In this document: piece after piece, positions 33,525 through 43,471 of the stretch
How the letters are laid out: each line of letters starts with the position of its first letter
Numbering within the stretch: the first letter of the stretch is position 1
Source: Thermoplasmata archaeon
GTDB taxonomy: Archaea > Thermoplasmatota > Thermoplasmata > GCA-020350865
Length of the DNA: 64,000 nt
Assembly: GCA_020348445.1 (NCBI GenBank)
Contig: CP070751.1
Coordinates: 4,844,506 to 4,908,505, forward strand
Reading direction: 5' to 3'
Position numbers and translations under genes: made by a program
The notes under the pieces: model-generated
The model's input: the letters and a program-made list of their open reading frames with translations, nothing else
The model's database searches: none
What the model was told of the DNA's origin: nothing

Positions 33525-36500
33525 ATGGACCCCATCGTGAGTCTTCTTATGTTTTTGGTCTTGATCCTCATAATTGTAATTGCAATTATGGCTCTGGCAA
33601 ACCGTATAATCTTTAAAATGGCGGCAAGAAACTTTATTAGAAGAAAAGCACAGAGCGTCATAGTAATTGCCGGTCTGATGATAGGAACTGCAATCATTTC
33701 CAGCGCCCTTGTTGTTAGTGATACAATGACCAATACCATGGAGGTGGATGTATACAGATCACTTGGCGAGGTTGATGAAGAGATATGGGGTACAGACACT
33801 TGGTCAACTGTTACATTCTATAAATATTTCAACGAATCTGTTTACGATTCCATGTCACAGGAGCTTTCCGATATTCCGGAAATTGAAGCAATGGCACCAG
33901 TAATAATGGACTTCGGCGCGGTTTTGGATAATAACACTTTATTGGGAGAACCTTCTGTTGCAATACTTGGTCTGGATTCGCAGATTCTTCGCAATTCAGC
34001 TTTCGGTGATCTGGATGGCAACGGATATTACCCAGATAGCCTTGGAGTGGACGAAATCGCCATCAACACAAGACTTGCTGATGAAATAGAAGCTTTAGTT
34101 GGGCATAGAGTTTACCTTTCATATGGTGCCAAGGATCCAAACAGTCCTTTTGGAACCTCCTTCAAAAAAGAGAATTTCACTATAGCAAAAATAATCAATG
34201 AAAAGGACCTGTACGGGAAGGCAAACTATCTTCAGCAGAAGACCATATTTTTCGAACTTGATACACTTCAGGAGCTACTTAACCGCCCCAACGAGATAAA
34301 TAAAATCTGGATATCCAATAAGGGAGATTATCGGAGTGGTGAATCTTACACAAGTAAAGTGAACAAAACAATTGAAGAGGAACTTGATTCGGCTGTGGGT
34401 ATGGAAGACGCAGGATTCTCTCTTGAGATCATCAATGGTGCTCTTGTTCTAAGCAATGATCAAGGCTTTTATCCATTATCACAAGCTGATACATTATTGG
34501 AAAAGGCTGAACCCTACAACGGCAACATATCCAAGGGTTTGATGGTTCCAGCCCTGGTTGTGAACGGAGTTCCCACAAATGGTCTTGCGATAGTAGGGGG
34601 TGAATCTGATGAAGAGGATTTCCAAAATATGGACATTGAGCCAGGTACCATCTATTTCTTGGACATGCATGCAGCAACCTTAAACATAGTAAATAACACG
34701 GATATTTCTGTTTCCACCCTGAGTTTGGACGGAAATATGCTTACTTCACAGTTCAGAGCAATAATTTTACCCTCAGATTTTGACGACCCAATGCCTGATG
34801 AGATGAGTTCCTATATAATGGGTTTTGTTGATTTTGAAACAAGCCAGAATATGCTCCACGGGGGTGTATATGACGATATAGTATCATTTGTCATTGTTTC
34901 AGGTCTGGATGACTCAACCTTGGATATTATTCGCGATTCTGCAATTGATCAGATGAACACCGATTTCGGAGCAGAAGAGCTGAACCTTCAGGTGAACAAT
35001 GTAAAAGCAGATAATCTAGAGAGTGCCAGAGAGGGAGGCGAGTCCCTAGGAACCCTCTTTATGATTTTTGGGATGTTCTCCATTATCGCTGGAATCGTTT
35101 TGATCATCAACATATTCGTTATGTTGGGAGAGGAAAGGAAAAGCGAGATGGGCATGGCACGAGCTGTTGGTATGAAGGGAAAGCATCTTGTGAGGATGTA
35201 TATCTTTGAAGGCAGTCTTTACGCATTCGTTGCCGCTATAGTCGGCGCATTCTTGGGTCTTTTCTTTGGATGGTTGTTGATTCAGGCCTTTGAATTCATA
35301 TTCAGTTCAGTTGAAGAATTTTCAGAAGGATCGTTTAACATTCCCTTTTATTTTACATGGGCAAGTGTATTTGTTGCATTCTGTTTGGGATTGTTCATTA
35401 CATTTGTGACCATCATCTTTGCAAGTACCCGGATAAGCAAGCTAAATATCATAAGGGCAATTCGCCGAATACCCGAGCCAAAACCTGAAAGGGCCCAAAG
35501 AAGGGTCATCGTAGGTGGGGTGGTATTGATTGTCCTAGGATTTCTCCTTGTCAGTTTCTCATTTTCCACCCAACTTGGCGGCTATTATCTAGCAGGTGTT
35601 CCTTCGATCTTTTTGGGGCTGGCTCTGATTATTCATAAATGGACCAGTATCAGGGCAGCAATGACTTCTGCAGGAATTGCGATACTTGTGTTTATGTACC
35701 TGCCATATGAATTTTCCTTTACGTCTGATTGGGATTTCACAGGATTGGATTCATTTGTTTTCAGCGGGGTCTTTAGCGTTCTTGCCGCGGTAATTGTTGT
35801 TATGTTCAATTCTCATATACTGCTTGGTTTCCTTCAAAAGGTGTTTGGTAGGGGCAAGTCCACCCGGGCTGTTTTGAAAACTGCAATCTCTTATCCCATG
35901 GACAGCAAGTTCAAAACAGGTATGACCCTGGGAATGTTCGCACTCATTATTTTTACAGTAACAGTTATTGCAATGATTGCGGCCATGCAGGCCTCCCAAA
36001 GCGACATCATGCTGGAGCAACAGAGCGGCGATTATGATATAATAGGCACTACAAATCCGAGAACACCCTTTGAGAATCTCACTGTGGATACCCTACACCC
36101 TGATCTTAAAAAGAAGGTGGATGAGCTTGAGATCATATCCCAGACCATTGTTGCTCTTGTGGGCTATGATGAAAAAGAATCACAGCCTACTGCATACGGA
36201 CCTCCAACAGATACAGGAAAGCTGGAGCAATATTCTCTGTTGGGTGCAAGCGATAGTTTTCTTTCGAACAACGGTTTTACTTTACTAGATCGCGACGATA
36301 AATACGATTCTGACACTGAATGCTGGGAGGCTTTGGCCCAAAATAGTACATACTGTATTGTAGATGGGACAAGACTTGCATTTTCCGGAATAATAGTAGG
36401 TGGTCCCCCCCAGGATATGGGGGGTGTTTATGTAGGTGGCACCATTACCATCACCGATAAGACCGGGCAAAACAGAACCCGCGAATTGACTGTTATTGGA

Positions 36501-37121
36501 ATAATGGATCAGATGTTTTTCTTCAACGGTATTATCATGAATAAGGATGTCGTTGATAATGAATATAATGGCGTTGATAGCATTATCGTTGTCAAGCTCA
36601 ACTCTGGTTATGATGCCGATTCAGTTGCCAAGGAATTTGAAAAGAATTATCTTGAGCTCGGTCTTCAAACCTTTGATATGAAGGGAATTATCAACATCAT
36701 ACTCACTCTAACAAATAATATCATGTACCTCATGGAAGGCTTCCTGGGTATAGGCCTTCTTGTGGGTATTGCCGGAATAGGAATCATTTCCTACAGAAAT
36801 GTAATTGAGCGCCGTCAGCAAATCGGTATGCTTAGGGCAATTGGTTTTAAAAAGAGTATGGTCACAAAATCGTTTTTAATTGAAACCTCATTTATCACTA
36901 TTTTAGCAATATTCATCGGTATCATACTTGGAATAGGAATCGGTTGGCAGATTTATTCTGACACCGGATTTCAAGAGTCGGGCATCGGCTTTGTAATTCC
37001 CTGGGGAAACCTCCTTGCGATTTCGGTTATCGCGTATATAGCCACCCTAATATTCACATTCTACCCATCAATAAAAGCTGCAAAGGTTCCCCCTGCCGAA
37101 GCGTTGAGATATATCGAATGA
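33525..37121 (+). CDS. ABC transporter permease, MacB/FtsX family (paralog 2, with a ~190-aa extra segment)
   Basis: 1198 aa, same motifs as 91-3126, lies 16 bp after the ATPase. Confidence 0.92.
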   Translation: MDPIVSLLMFLVLILIIVIAIMALANRIIFKMAARNFIRRKAQSVIVIAGLMIGTAIISSALVVSDTMTNTMEVDVYRSLGEVDEEIWGTDTWSTVTFYKYFNESVYDSMSQELSDIPEIEAMAPVIMDFGAVLDNNTLLGEPSVAILGLDSQILRNSAFGDLDGNGYYPDSLGVDEIAINTRLADEIEALVGHRVYLSYGAKDPNSPFGTSFKKENFTIAKIINEKDLYGKANYLQQKTIFFELDTLQELLNRPNEINKIWISNKGDYRSGESYTSKVNKTIEEELDSAVGMEDAGFSLEIINGALVLSNDQGFYPLSQADTLLEKAEPYNGNISKGLMVPALVVNGVPTNGLAIVGGESDEEDFQNMDIEPGTIYFLDMHAATLNIVNNTDISVSTLSLDGNMLTSQFRAIILPSDFDDPMPDEMSSYIMGFVDFETSQNMLHGGVYDDIVSFVIVSGLDDSTLDIIRDSAIDQMNTDFGAEELNLQVNNVKADNLESAREGGESLGTLFMIFGMFSIIAGIVLIINIFVMLGEERKSEMGMARAVGMKGKHLVRMYIFEGSLYAFVAAIVGAFLGLFFGWLLIQAFEFIFSSVEEFSEGSFNIPFYFTWASVFVAFCLGLFITFVTIIFASTRISKLNIIRAIRRIPEPKPERAQRRVIVGGVVLIVLGFLLVSFSFSTQLGGYYLAGVPSIFLGLALIIHKWTSIRAAMTSAGIAILVFMYLPYEFSFTSDWDFTGLDSFVFSGVFSVLAAVIVVMFNSHILLGFLQKVFGRGKSTRAVLKTAISYPMDSKFKTGMTLGMFALIIFTVTVIAMIAAMQASQSDIMLEQQSGDYDIIGTTNPRTPFENLTVDTLHPDLKKKVDELEIISQTIVALVGYDEKESQPTAYGPPTDTGKLEQYSLLGASDSFLSNNGFTLLDRDDKYDSDTECWEALAQNSTYCIVDGTRLAFSGIIVGGPPQDMGGVYVGGTITITDKTGQNRTRELTVIGIMDQMFFFNGIIMNKDVVDNEYNGVDSIIVVKLNSGYDADSVAKEFEKNYLELGLQTFDMKGIINIILTLTNNIMYLMEGFLGIGLLVGIAGIGIISYRNVIERRQQIGMLRAIGFKKSMVTKSFLIETSFITILAIFIGIILGIGIGWQIYSDTGFQESGIGFVIPWGNLLAISVIAYIATLIFTFYPSIKAAKVPPAEALRYIE

Positions 37122-37245
37122 ATCGATTTACTGGGATATTTCGAAAAAACCCACAATTACACCAGTTTTACAGTGGCTGGCTAAAGAAATCAACCTTATA
37201 TCAGCATCAATACATATAAAAACTATAACCTCGATTTCCTTTGGA

Positions 37246-38547
37246 ATGAGACAGATTAATATAGTTTTGCCTGACCAGGATGTCAGCAGGGTAATGGATA
37301 TAGCAGAGGACAGCGATTTGAAAGCTGCTCATGTGAGGAGCGCAGGGGAAATAGATCTAGTGATAATAACAGTTCCCGATGATATTGTTGATGATTTTAT
37401 ATCTAGGCTGAAAGATTCTGGAATAGATAAAATAGGCACCATTTCTATTCTTCCCATTCATGCAGCCATTTCTGATAAGGAGCAGGAGAGAGAGCCCACA
37501 ATAGCTCCTAAAGAAGAGATCATCGAGAGTGCAAGGCGCGCCTGCTATCTTACAAAAGGATACATGTTCATGATAGTGATTTCAGCTTTTGTTGCCACAT
37601 TGGGTCTTTTGATGAACAGCACCGCTGTGGTTATTGGTGCCATGGTCATTGCTCCGCTTCTGGGTCCCAGCATCGCAGCCAGTGTTGGAACTGTAATGGG
37701 AGATACTGCACTTTTTAGAAAAGGCATCATGAGCACCACACTGGGATTACTTATCGTTATCATAACTGCTGCATTCACTGCTGCACTGGTAAATAGCCTA
37801 CAGCTCCTCCCACCTCTTGTTGACATCACCATCGAGGAATTACCCAGCGAAATGGCTGAGAGAACCACATTGAACATACTTATCGTTGGTTTAGCCCTGG
37901 CCTCTGGAGCCGCTGGAGCGTACTCATTTGCTGAAAAAAAAGGTGAGATACTGGTGGGTGTAATGATCGCGGTGGCCCTTGTACCTCCTGCCGCCATTGT
38001 GGGTATTGGCATAGCTCTTCTAGATGCGGAATTCATCATAAGCTCGGGTTTAATTTTGGCAGTGAACGTGTTCTGCATAAACATCGCCGGGACACTGGTA
38101 TTTTGGAAGCTTGGGATCAAGCCGGGTGGTTTTCTTGAAATGATGTTCTCAAAAAAGGACGTGAAAAAGAAGTTATTTATCACCATGATAATCCTTATTA
38201 TACTAGGAGCAATATTTTCATGGACGACATTTGTATCCTACCAAAATGCACAACTTGAGAAGGAGATAAATGATGAGGCAAAAAGAACAATAAGAGATGG
38301 TAATTATCTGTATATAATAGATTATGAGGTGGAGGAAATCAGGCTCGGGAGAAATATCTTTGGCATCGAATCAGACGGGTCAGTCTACGTCAGAATAACC
38401 ATATTTTCAAACAATACAGCCGAATGCGCAAAACTCAATAACATAGCCTCTGATATCCAACAGACTCTCAACTCAAAATTCAAAGACGAAATAGAAAAGG
38501 ACTTTGAAGTGGAGATAATATTTCAAGCAGTGCAGATTTCTCCTTGA
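37246..38547 (+). CDS. TIGR00341 / DUF389-family membrane protein
   Basis: NSTAVVIGAMVIAPLLGP, LASGAAGA, GVMIAVALVPPA and NVFCINIAG motifs. Confidence 0.88.
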   Translation: MRQINIVLPDQDVSRVMDIAEDSDLKAAHVRSAGEIDLVIITVPDDIVDDFISRLKDSGIDKIGTISILPIHAAISDKEQEREPTIAPKEEIIESARRACYLTKGYMFMIVISAFVATLGLLMNSTAVVIGAMVIAPLLGPSIAASVGTVMGDTALFRKGIMSTTLGLLIVIITAAFTAALVNSLQLLPPLVDITIEELPSEMAERTTLNILIVGLALASGAAGAYSFAEKKGEILVGVMIAVALVPPAAIVGIGIALLDAEFIISSGLILAVNVFCINIAGTLVFWKLGIKPGGFLEMMFSKKDVKKKLFITMIILIILGAIFSWTTFVSYQNAQLEKEINDEAKRTIRDGNYLYIIDYEVEEIRLGRNIFGIESDGSVYVRITIFSNNTAECAKLNNIASDIQQTLNSKFKDEIEKDFEVEIIFQAVQISP

Positions 38548-38628
38548 AGGAAGATTTTTAGGGTTCTACAATCCCGTTATCATTTTTTATAAATAATCTT
38601 CCCGATAATCAGGATTCAGGTAAAAAAT

Positions 38629-40341
38629 TCACTCATCCGATACAAGTGCATACCTTTCGCATGTATAACAGTACCAGCGACCGTACTGCTCTATATACGA
38701 TGTTGGCCTACCGCAGTCAGGGCATAAAGGAGCTCTCTCCTCAGCTTCAGATGGAGCCGCCTCTCCCACACCACCCCCTTCTATTAGAGTTATCAACCTC
38801 TCTCGGAGATGTTTTGGCCTGCCTGATGAATCCAGTTGGTATTTTTTACACAACACAATTAACTGGTCTTCATCCATGGTGTAAAGTTCATCTTTTGTGG
38901 GCATTCTTGCCTCTTCACCTACCTCCTTCTTTTCCATCTCCAAAAACGCGGATTCCACAGGACTATCTGCTGCCCCCTCTGAAGTTGCCTCTGTTTTTTG
39001 CTTCATTTCATCCAGTGTAAACTCTTTGCCACATGCATAACATGTCGTAGTCCCCTTGCGCACCACAGTGGCGCATCTTGGACACATCATCTCTTCATAA
39101 GCTTCTTTCTTCTCAACCACTGCGGTTTCTGGTTCCGCTTCTGTGGTCTTGGGCTCCTCTGCCTCAAGACTTTCTGTTTCTGTAGCCTCCTCTGTTGTGG
39201 GCATGACAGCTTCCTCAGAAGGTTTTTCCATGGAAGTATCCACCGCCGCTACCGCAGGCGCCTCTTCCTTGGGCTCAACAGCCTCCTCTGAGGATTCCTC
39301 AGCTGTGATATCCTCAGCCAACTCCCCTGGCTCCTCTTCTTTGGGCTCAGCAGCTTCTTCAGTGGGTTCTTCAGTTGCGGTACCCACCTCGGGCTCAGCT
39401 GGCTCCTCTGCTGTAGAATCTGGTTCTTTTTCCTCGGTGGTTACCTCCGGCTCAGCTTCTGTGGGAACCGATTCTGTAAGTCCTATTTCCTCCACAATTT
39501 CCTCTATATCCTCTCCTTCGAGTTCAGTTGAAACCGGCTCAATTGATCCTAATTTCTCACCACCCTCCAAAGCCTTCTCACTTTCCAATAATCCACTTTC
39601 CCTTTCTGTAAGTTTCATTCTCATAATGGCCAATTTTTCATATTCCTCTAAAATCGCCTTCTCCCTCTCAAGCAACCTTGTCTCACGATCTGTTACTTCC
39701 TTTTCCTTGCTAACTCTTGTTTTCTCATCTTTAACAAGGGACATCTCCTTCCAGTTCAGCTTCTCCTCCCTTTTTTGAAACTCAGCCTCCTTATCAAGGA
39801 CAGATTTATTTTTCTCACTCAGTTCTTTCTCCATTTTTACGATTTCGTTCTCTTTTTTGATGAGCTCGGCCTTCTTTTTAGCTATATCCTCGGTGACTTT
39901 CGAAATAGCCTTTTCTTGCTTTTCAAGGTGTATACGCCTCTTTTCCACCTCTTCCACCTTGCGATTCACATCTTCTGCCTGAGCCTTCAAATTGGAGCCT
40001 TTTTCATCCAATCTTGCCATAACTTCGGTGATCTTTTGTTTTTGCCCGGCCAATTTATCCTTTTCTTGGGAAATCTTTTCCTTTTCCTTTATGGCCTCTT
40101 CCCTTTTTGCAATTGCCTCATCCTTGATCTTGGCCAGTTCGTCTTTCTCTTTAAATAGATCCTCCCTCGTTTTTTCGAGTTCTGCTTTCTCTTCGTTTAT
40201 CCTTTTTTTCTCTATACGGATCTTTTCTTCGCTCTTTCTTAGAACTTCCCAAATCGAGGCCTCGTGCTCTAATACACCTGGCTCCTGTTCTCCAACTTGT
40301 TTTGGTTTTTTATCCTCATCAGCCAATTTTTCACCCCCCAT
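38629..40341 (-). CDS. Coiled-coil protein with acidic linker, zinc ribbon, SAP-like motif and C-terminal zinc finger
   Basis: K/E-rich heptad N-terminal half, E/P/A/T-rich linker, CPRC...CYAC, SAP-register segment LYTMDEDQLIVLCKKYQLDSSGRPKHLRERL, and CPDC...WYCYTC. Confidence 0.8.
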   Translation of the reverse strand: MGGEKLADEDKKPKQVGEQEPGVLEHEASIWEVLRKSEEKIRIEKKRINEEKAELEKTREDLFKEKDELAKIKDEAIAKREEAIKEKEKISQEKDKLAGQKQKITEVMARLDEKGSNLKAQAEDVNRKVEEVEKRRIHLEKQEKAISKVTEDIAKKKAELIKKENEIVKMEKELSEKNKSVLDKEAEFQKREEKLNWKEMSLVKDEKTRVSKEKEVTDRETRLLEREKAILEEYEKLAIMRMKLTERESGLLESEKALEGGEKLGSIEPVSTELEGEDIEEIVEEIGLTESVPTEAEPEVTTEEKEPDSTAEEPAEPEVGTATEEPTEEAAEPKEEEPGELAEDITAEESSEEAVEPKEEAPAVAAVDTSMEKPSEEAVMPTTEEATETESLEAEEPKTTEAEPETAVVEKKEAYEEMMCPRCATVVRKGTTTCYACGKEFTLDEMKQKTEATSEGAADSPVESAFLEMEKKEVGEEARMPTKDELYTMDEDQLIVLCKKYQLDSSGRPKHLRERLITLIEGGGVGEAAPSEAEERAPLCPDCGRPTSYIEQYGRWYCYTCERYALVSDE

Positions 40342-40448
40342 ATTCTGCTATTTTGGGTTTTGGGGTAGTTTAATAATAAATGAAGAACCCTCTTAGAATG
40401 ATTCTTACATCGGCATAACGTTAATACTTTAAATATTTTTCAGCCTTA

Positions 40449-40850
40449 TTATTCATTAACAATCTGGCTTTTTAGCCTACGAACACAGCCTGTTAAGCCC
40501 TCAACATCCTTCGTATCCTTTTTACAGTATCCAGCGAGCTTGGCCCTTATCTTGATATTGAATTTCACATCATTGGCCTTCAGATCCTCGGATAGCAACC
40601 TGCAAAGATGTCCTCCTTTTCTGTCCCAATCCGTTAAAATAACGACCTCTTTATGATTTCTGGCTATTTCCTCACAGAAATTGAATAGGGATTGACCCCT
40701 GTTGATTTGTATGATTTTTCCCTGTACACCCAGTTCCCGCAGGGCCGAAACATCTGACTCACCCTCTACTATAATGGGGATATCAGGAGAAAGTGCCTTC
40801 AATTCATCAAGGACTTCTTCGATCTTCTCCAACCGCTCTTCAGTTTGCAA
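40449..40850 (-). CDS. Small archaeal Toprim-domain protein
   Basis: IIVEGESD and VILTDWDRKG Toprim motifs; TTG start. Confidence 0.88.
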   Translation of the reverse strand: MQTEERLEKIEEVLDELKALSPDIPIIVEGESDVSALRELGVQGKIIQINRGQSLFNFCEEIARNHKEVVILTDWDRKGGHLCRLLSEDLKANDVKFNIKIRAKLAGYCKKDTKDVEGLTGCVRRLKSQIVNE

Positions 40851-40883
40851 AGGAATGCCTCATTTACCTTATTCCAGTCATCG

Positions 40884-41213
40884 TTATTGAATTATCGACA
40901 TAAGTTTCTTTTCCAACTCATCTTTCGAGAGTCCCATAACCTTGACTATCTTTTGACGGGATTTATTACCTTTTTCGATATTGATATTTGAAGGGGAGAT
41001 GCTAAGGACGGAAGAAAGCAGGCTAATCAGCTCATAATTAGCCTTTCCTTTTTCCGCCCTTGCCTTTACCCTGATTATCAAGGAGCCTCTCCATTCGTCC
41101 ATACCCTCTATTCCTTGGGTTTTGGCATTGGATTTAACCTCGATATTTATCAGGATACCATCATTTTGTTCTCTTATACATTTTGATAGAAGGTTTTGGT
41201 CCATTTCCTTCAT
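40884..41213 (-). CDS. DUF167 (UPF0235/YggU) family protein
   Basis: IEVKSNAK, IRVKARAEKGKANYELI, and I.IEKGNKSRQKIVKV. Confidence 0.85.
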   Translation of the reverse strand: MKEMDQNLLSKCIREQNDGILINIEVKSNAKTQGIEGMDEWRGSLIIRVKARAEKGKANYELISLLSSVLSISPSNINIEKGNKSRQKIVKVMGLSKDELEKKLMSIIQ

Positions 41214-41350
41214 CGTTCATCATGATTGCACATTCGAGTTTTAAAGGTTTTTATTTCCAAAGAGTGTAGATATTACTGCAAAACCAATAATACATCGATT
41301 TACAACCTAAGGACAAACGTTAATATAGTATCCATGATAATCTCTCTATA

Positions 41351-41497
41351 ATGCCCAAATGTCCTATCTGCAACGAAGAACTTGTTCTGCATGATGAGAA
41401 TAATATGCTGTGCAAAGGCTGCGGGGAGACAATTCCAAAAGATTTTGTCAAGGAATCGAAGGTACCTTGCTGTAATCCACTTTACAAGTGCAAGTAA
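41351..41497 (+). CDS. 48-aa zinc-ribbon microprotein (absent from the ORF track)
   Basis: Hand translation MPKCPICNEELVLHDENNMLCKGCGETIPKDFVKESKVPCCNPLYKCK*, with CxxC...CxxC, in an otherwise empty intergenic gap. Confidence 0.65.
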   Translation: MPKCPICNEELVLHDENNMLCKGCGETIPKDFVKESKVPCCNPLYKCK

Positions 41498-41580
41498 GTG
41501 TAATTATATATATAATAATACTTCAAATTGAAATATTTATTATTATTAATATGATTCAGGGCTAAGAGTAGTAAAGGAAA

Positions 41581-41949
41581 TTATAAAAGAGTCTGCACCT
41601 TCTCAACCACTGCATCAAGAGTCTCTGAGAGCAAAACTTGATCCATCCCCTCATTTACGAGGCACATCACCATTGCCTTGGTATCTGCACCTGTTATTAT
41701 GACATCCCCGTCATTTGTCTCAATAATTATCCTTGAGGGCAGGCCCATATCACTTTTTAAGGTTATGTTCTTTGCTGCTCCTAGGATCGTGGCGCCCATC
41801 ATGGCAAATATCTCTTGCGGCATCGTATACTTATCAAAATTCGAGGCCAAAAGAGCCCCATCTTTTCTGATAATGGCGGCTGCATCCACAGCTTTCTTTT
41901 CCTTCAGATCGTCAACGATATCCTTCATCTGTTCTCTGGTAGTTACCAT
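41581..41949 (-). CDS. Roadblock/LC7-domain protein
   Basis: AAAIIRKDGALLAS, FAMMGATILGAA and RIIIET..GDVII match the roadblock pattern. Start moved to ATG 41949 (122 aa). Confidence 0.85.
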   Translation of the reverse strand: MVTTREQMKDIVDDLKEKKAVDAAAIIRKDGALLASNFDKYTMPQEIFAMMGATILGAAKNITLKSDMGLPSRIIIETNDGDVIITGADTKAMVMCLVNEGMDQVLLSETLDAVVEKVQTLL

Positions 41950-42134
41950 ATTTTCAACCCCTGATTGTGGATTTTCCCCCTTTTTCCCTGAAACTACATC
42001 ATAAATAATAACTTTTTCTGTATAAATTTCGTGCAAGAGAATGATGTTTACATTTTGTTCGTCTACTCGATCTTATATATGAAACGAGGTAGCGAAAAAT
42101 AAATGCCAATTAGAATGCATTATAGTGCGAGAAA

Positions 42135-42725
42135 ATGGATGTACCCCACGCCCTTTACATCGAATGTCCTTCATGCAAAGAAGAAACCCTTCACAGGGTT
42201 ATCAAGGGTAGTTTAAGTGAAAAAAAGGAAATTGTTCTGGATGCCCTTGTGAAGTGTTCCAAATGCGGCCATAGGCACCCAAGTATCATACGGACCGAGA
42301 GACCTGTGGTGGTACCAGTTATCGTAAGTGAACAAGAAAAATCGCAAAAAAACGAACTTGAGCTTCCAAGTCAAGAAAATGTAAATATTGGAAATGAGTT
42401 TCAATTGGGCAGAGGTATGATTAAAATAACGGCAATAGAGACCAAATTCGGGAGAGTGGATAGTGCCATTGGAAAGGATGTGACAACCCTATGGGCAAAA
42501 AAGTTCGATAGATTAAAGCTGAAGATATCCATAAACAAAGGGGGAAAAACATTAACCAGAACAATCTGGGCTGTTCCTGATGAGGAGTTCTTCATCGGTG
42601 ATGTGATGAGAATAAAGGGTCTGAACTTCACAATTCATCGAATCAAAACCCAGGATAAGATCATAAAGAAGGGAAGCGTCCCTGCAAGGAACATAGTAAG
42701 GCTCTATGGGAAACCCATCAGATAA
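42135..42725 (+). CDS. HVO_0476-like archaeal zinc-finger protein
   Basis: CPSC...HRVIKG...VKCSKCG, followed by duplicated beta-rich halves ending IVRLYGKP. Confidence 0.75.
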   Translation: MDVPHALYIECPSCKEETLHRVIKGSLSEKKEIVLDALVKCSKCGHRHPSIIRTERPVVVPVIVSEQEKSQKNELELPSQENVNIGNEFQLGRGMIKITAIETKFGRVDSAIGKDVTTLWAKKFDRLKLKISINKGGKTLTRTIWAVPDEEFFIGDVMRIKGLNFTIHRIKTQDKIIKKGSVPARNIVRLYGKPIR

Positions 42726-42734
42726 GGTGATCTA

Positions 42735-43391
42735 TTGGAATATGAATTAGAAAGAAAAAAACTCATAGATAGTCTTGTTCGTCGGGGATACATTTCCAAA
42801 CCCGAGATCATCAAGGCCATGATGAAAGTACCCAGACATCTTTTTGTACCAAAGGAGATCGAGCCCTATGCATATCACGATTGCCCGCAACAGATTGGCT
42901 GTGGGCAAACCATCTCTGCACCGCATATGGTGGGCATCATGGTGGAGAAACTGGATCTTGCACCTGGGCAGAAGGTACTGGAGGTTGGGGGCGGAAGTGG
43001 ATACCATGCCGCTGTTGTGGCACAGATTGTGGGTCTAAAAGGACATGTTTATTCTGTGGAATTTGTTAAAGAGTTGACAAAAATTGGGAAGGAGAACATA
43101 AAAAAGTGCGGTCTTGGAGAAATCGTAACCATGATAAATGGCGACGGTTCATTGGGTCTTCCTGAGTACGCCCCGTACGATAGGATATATGTTACATGTG
43201 CTTCACCTGACTTACCTGCTCCACTGATTGAGCAGCTCAAGGACAAGGGAAAGCTCTTGATACCCTCAGGAGGGAGACATTATCAGACCCTGGTTTATCT
43301 TGAAAAGAAGGGCAAGAAGATCGTAAAAAAGGATTACGGTGGTTGTGTTTTCGTGCCACTGAGAGGTGAGTACGGATTCAAATTATATTAA
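42735..43391 (+). CDS. pcm: Protein-L-isoaspartate O-methyltransferase
   Basis: VPRHLFV, GQTISAPHMV, VLEVGGGSGYHAA, APYDRI, CVFVPL. Confidence 0.95.
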   Translation: MEYELERKKLIDSLVRRGYISKPEIIKAMMKVPRHLFVPKEIEPYAYHDCPQQIGCGQTISAPHMVGIMVEKLDLAPGQKVLEVGGGSGYHAAVVAQIVGLKGHVYSVEFVKELTKIGKENIKKCGLGEIVTMINGDGSLGLPEYAPYDRIYVTCASPDLPAPLIEQLKDKGKLLIPSGGRHYQTLVYLEKKGKKIVKKDYGGCVFVPLRGEYGFKLY

Positions 43392-43471
43392 ATGTCAGCA
43401 TAGTATTTTAAAAGTTAAGCATGTGGGATTGCCTTTTTATGCAAGTTAAAATTGTTAGAATTCTTCAAGGA

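Noticed and set aside
33200-33799. 199-aa minus-strand ORF and similar antisense ORFs over well-supported genes (e.g. 37545-38186, 39143-39778)
   Set aside because: They fully overlap motif-bearing genes on the other strand and have no recognisable features.
32801-37121. Type I secretion system for the RTX protein
   Set aside because: The ATPase and permease are LolD/MacB-type, not HlyB-type, and no membrane-fusion or TolC gene is present.
42735-43391. Functional link between pcm and the Asn-rich surface protein next door
   Set aside because: Pcm is a cytoplasmic housekeeping enzyme; adjacency alone is not evidence.
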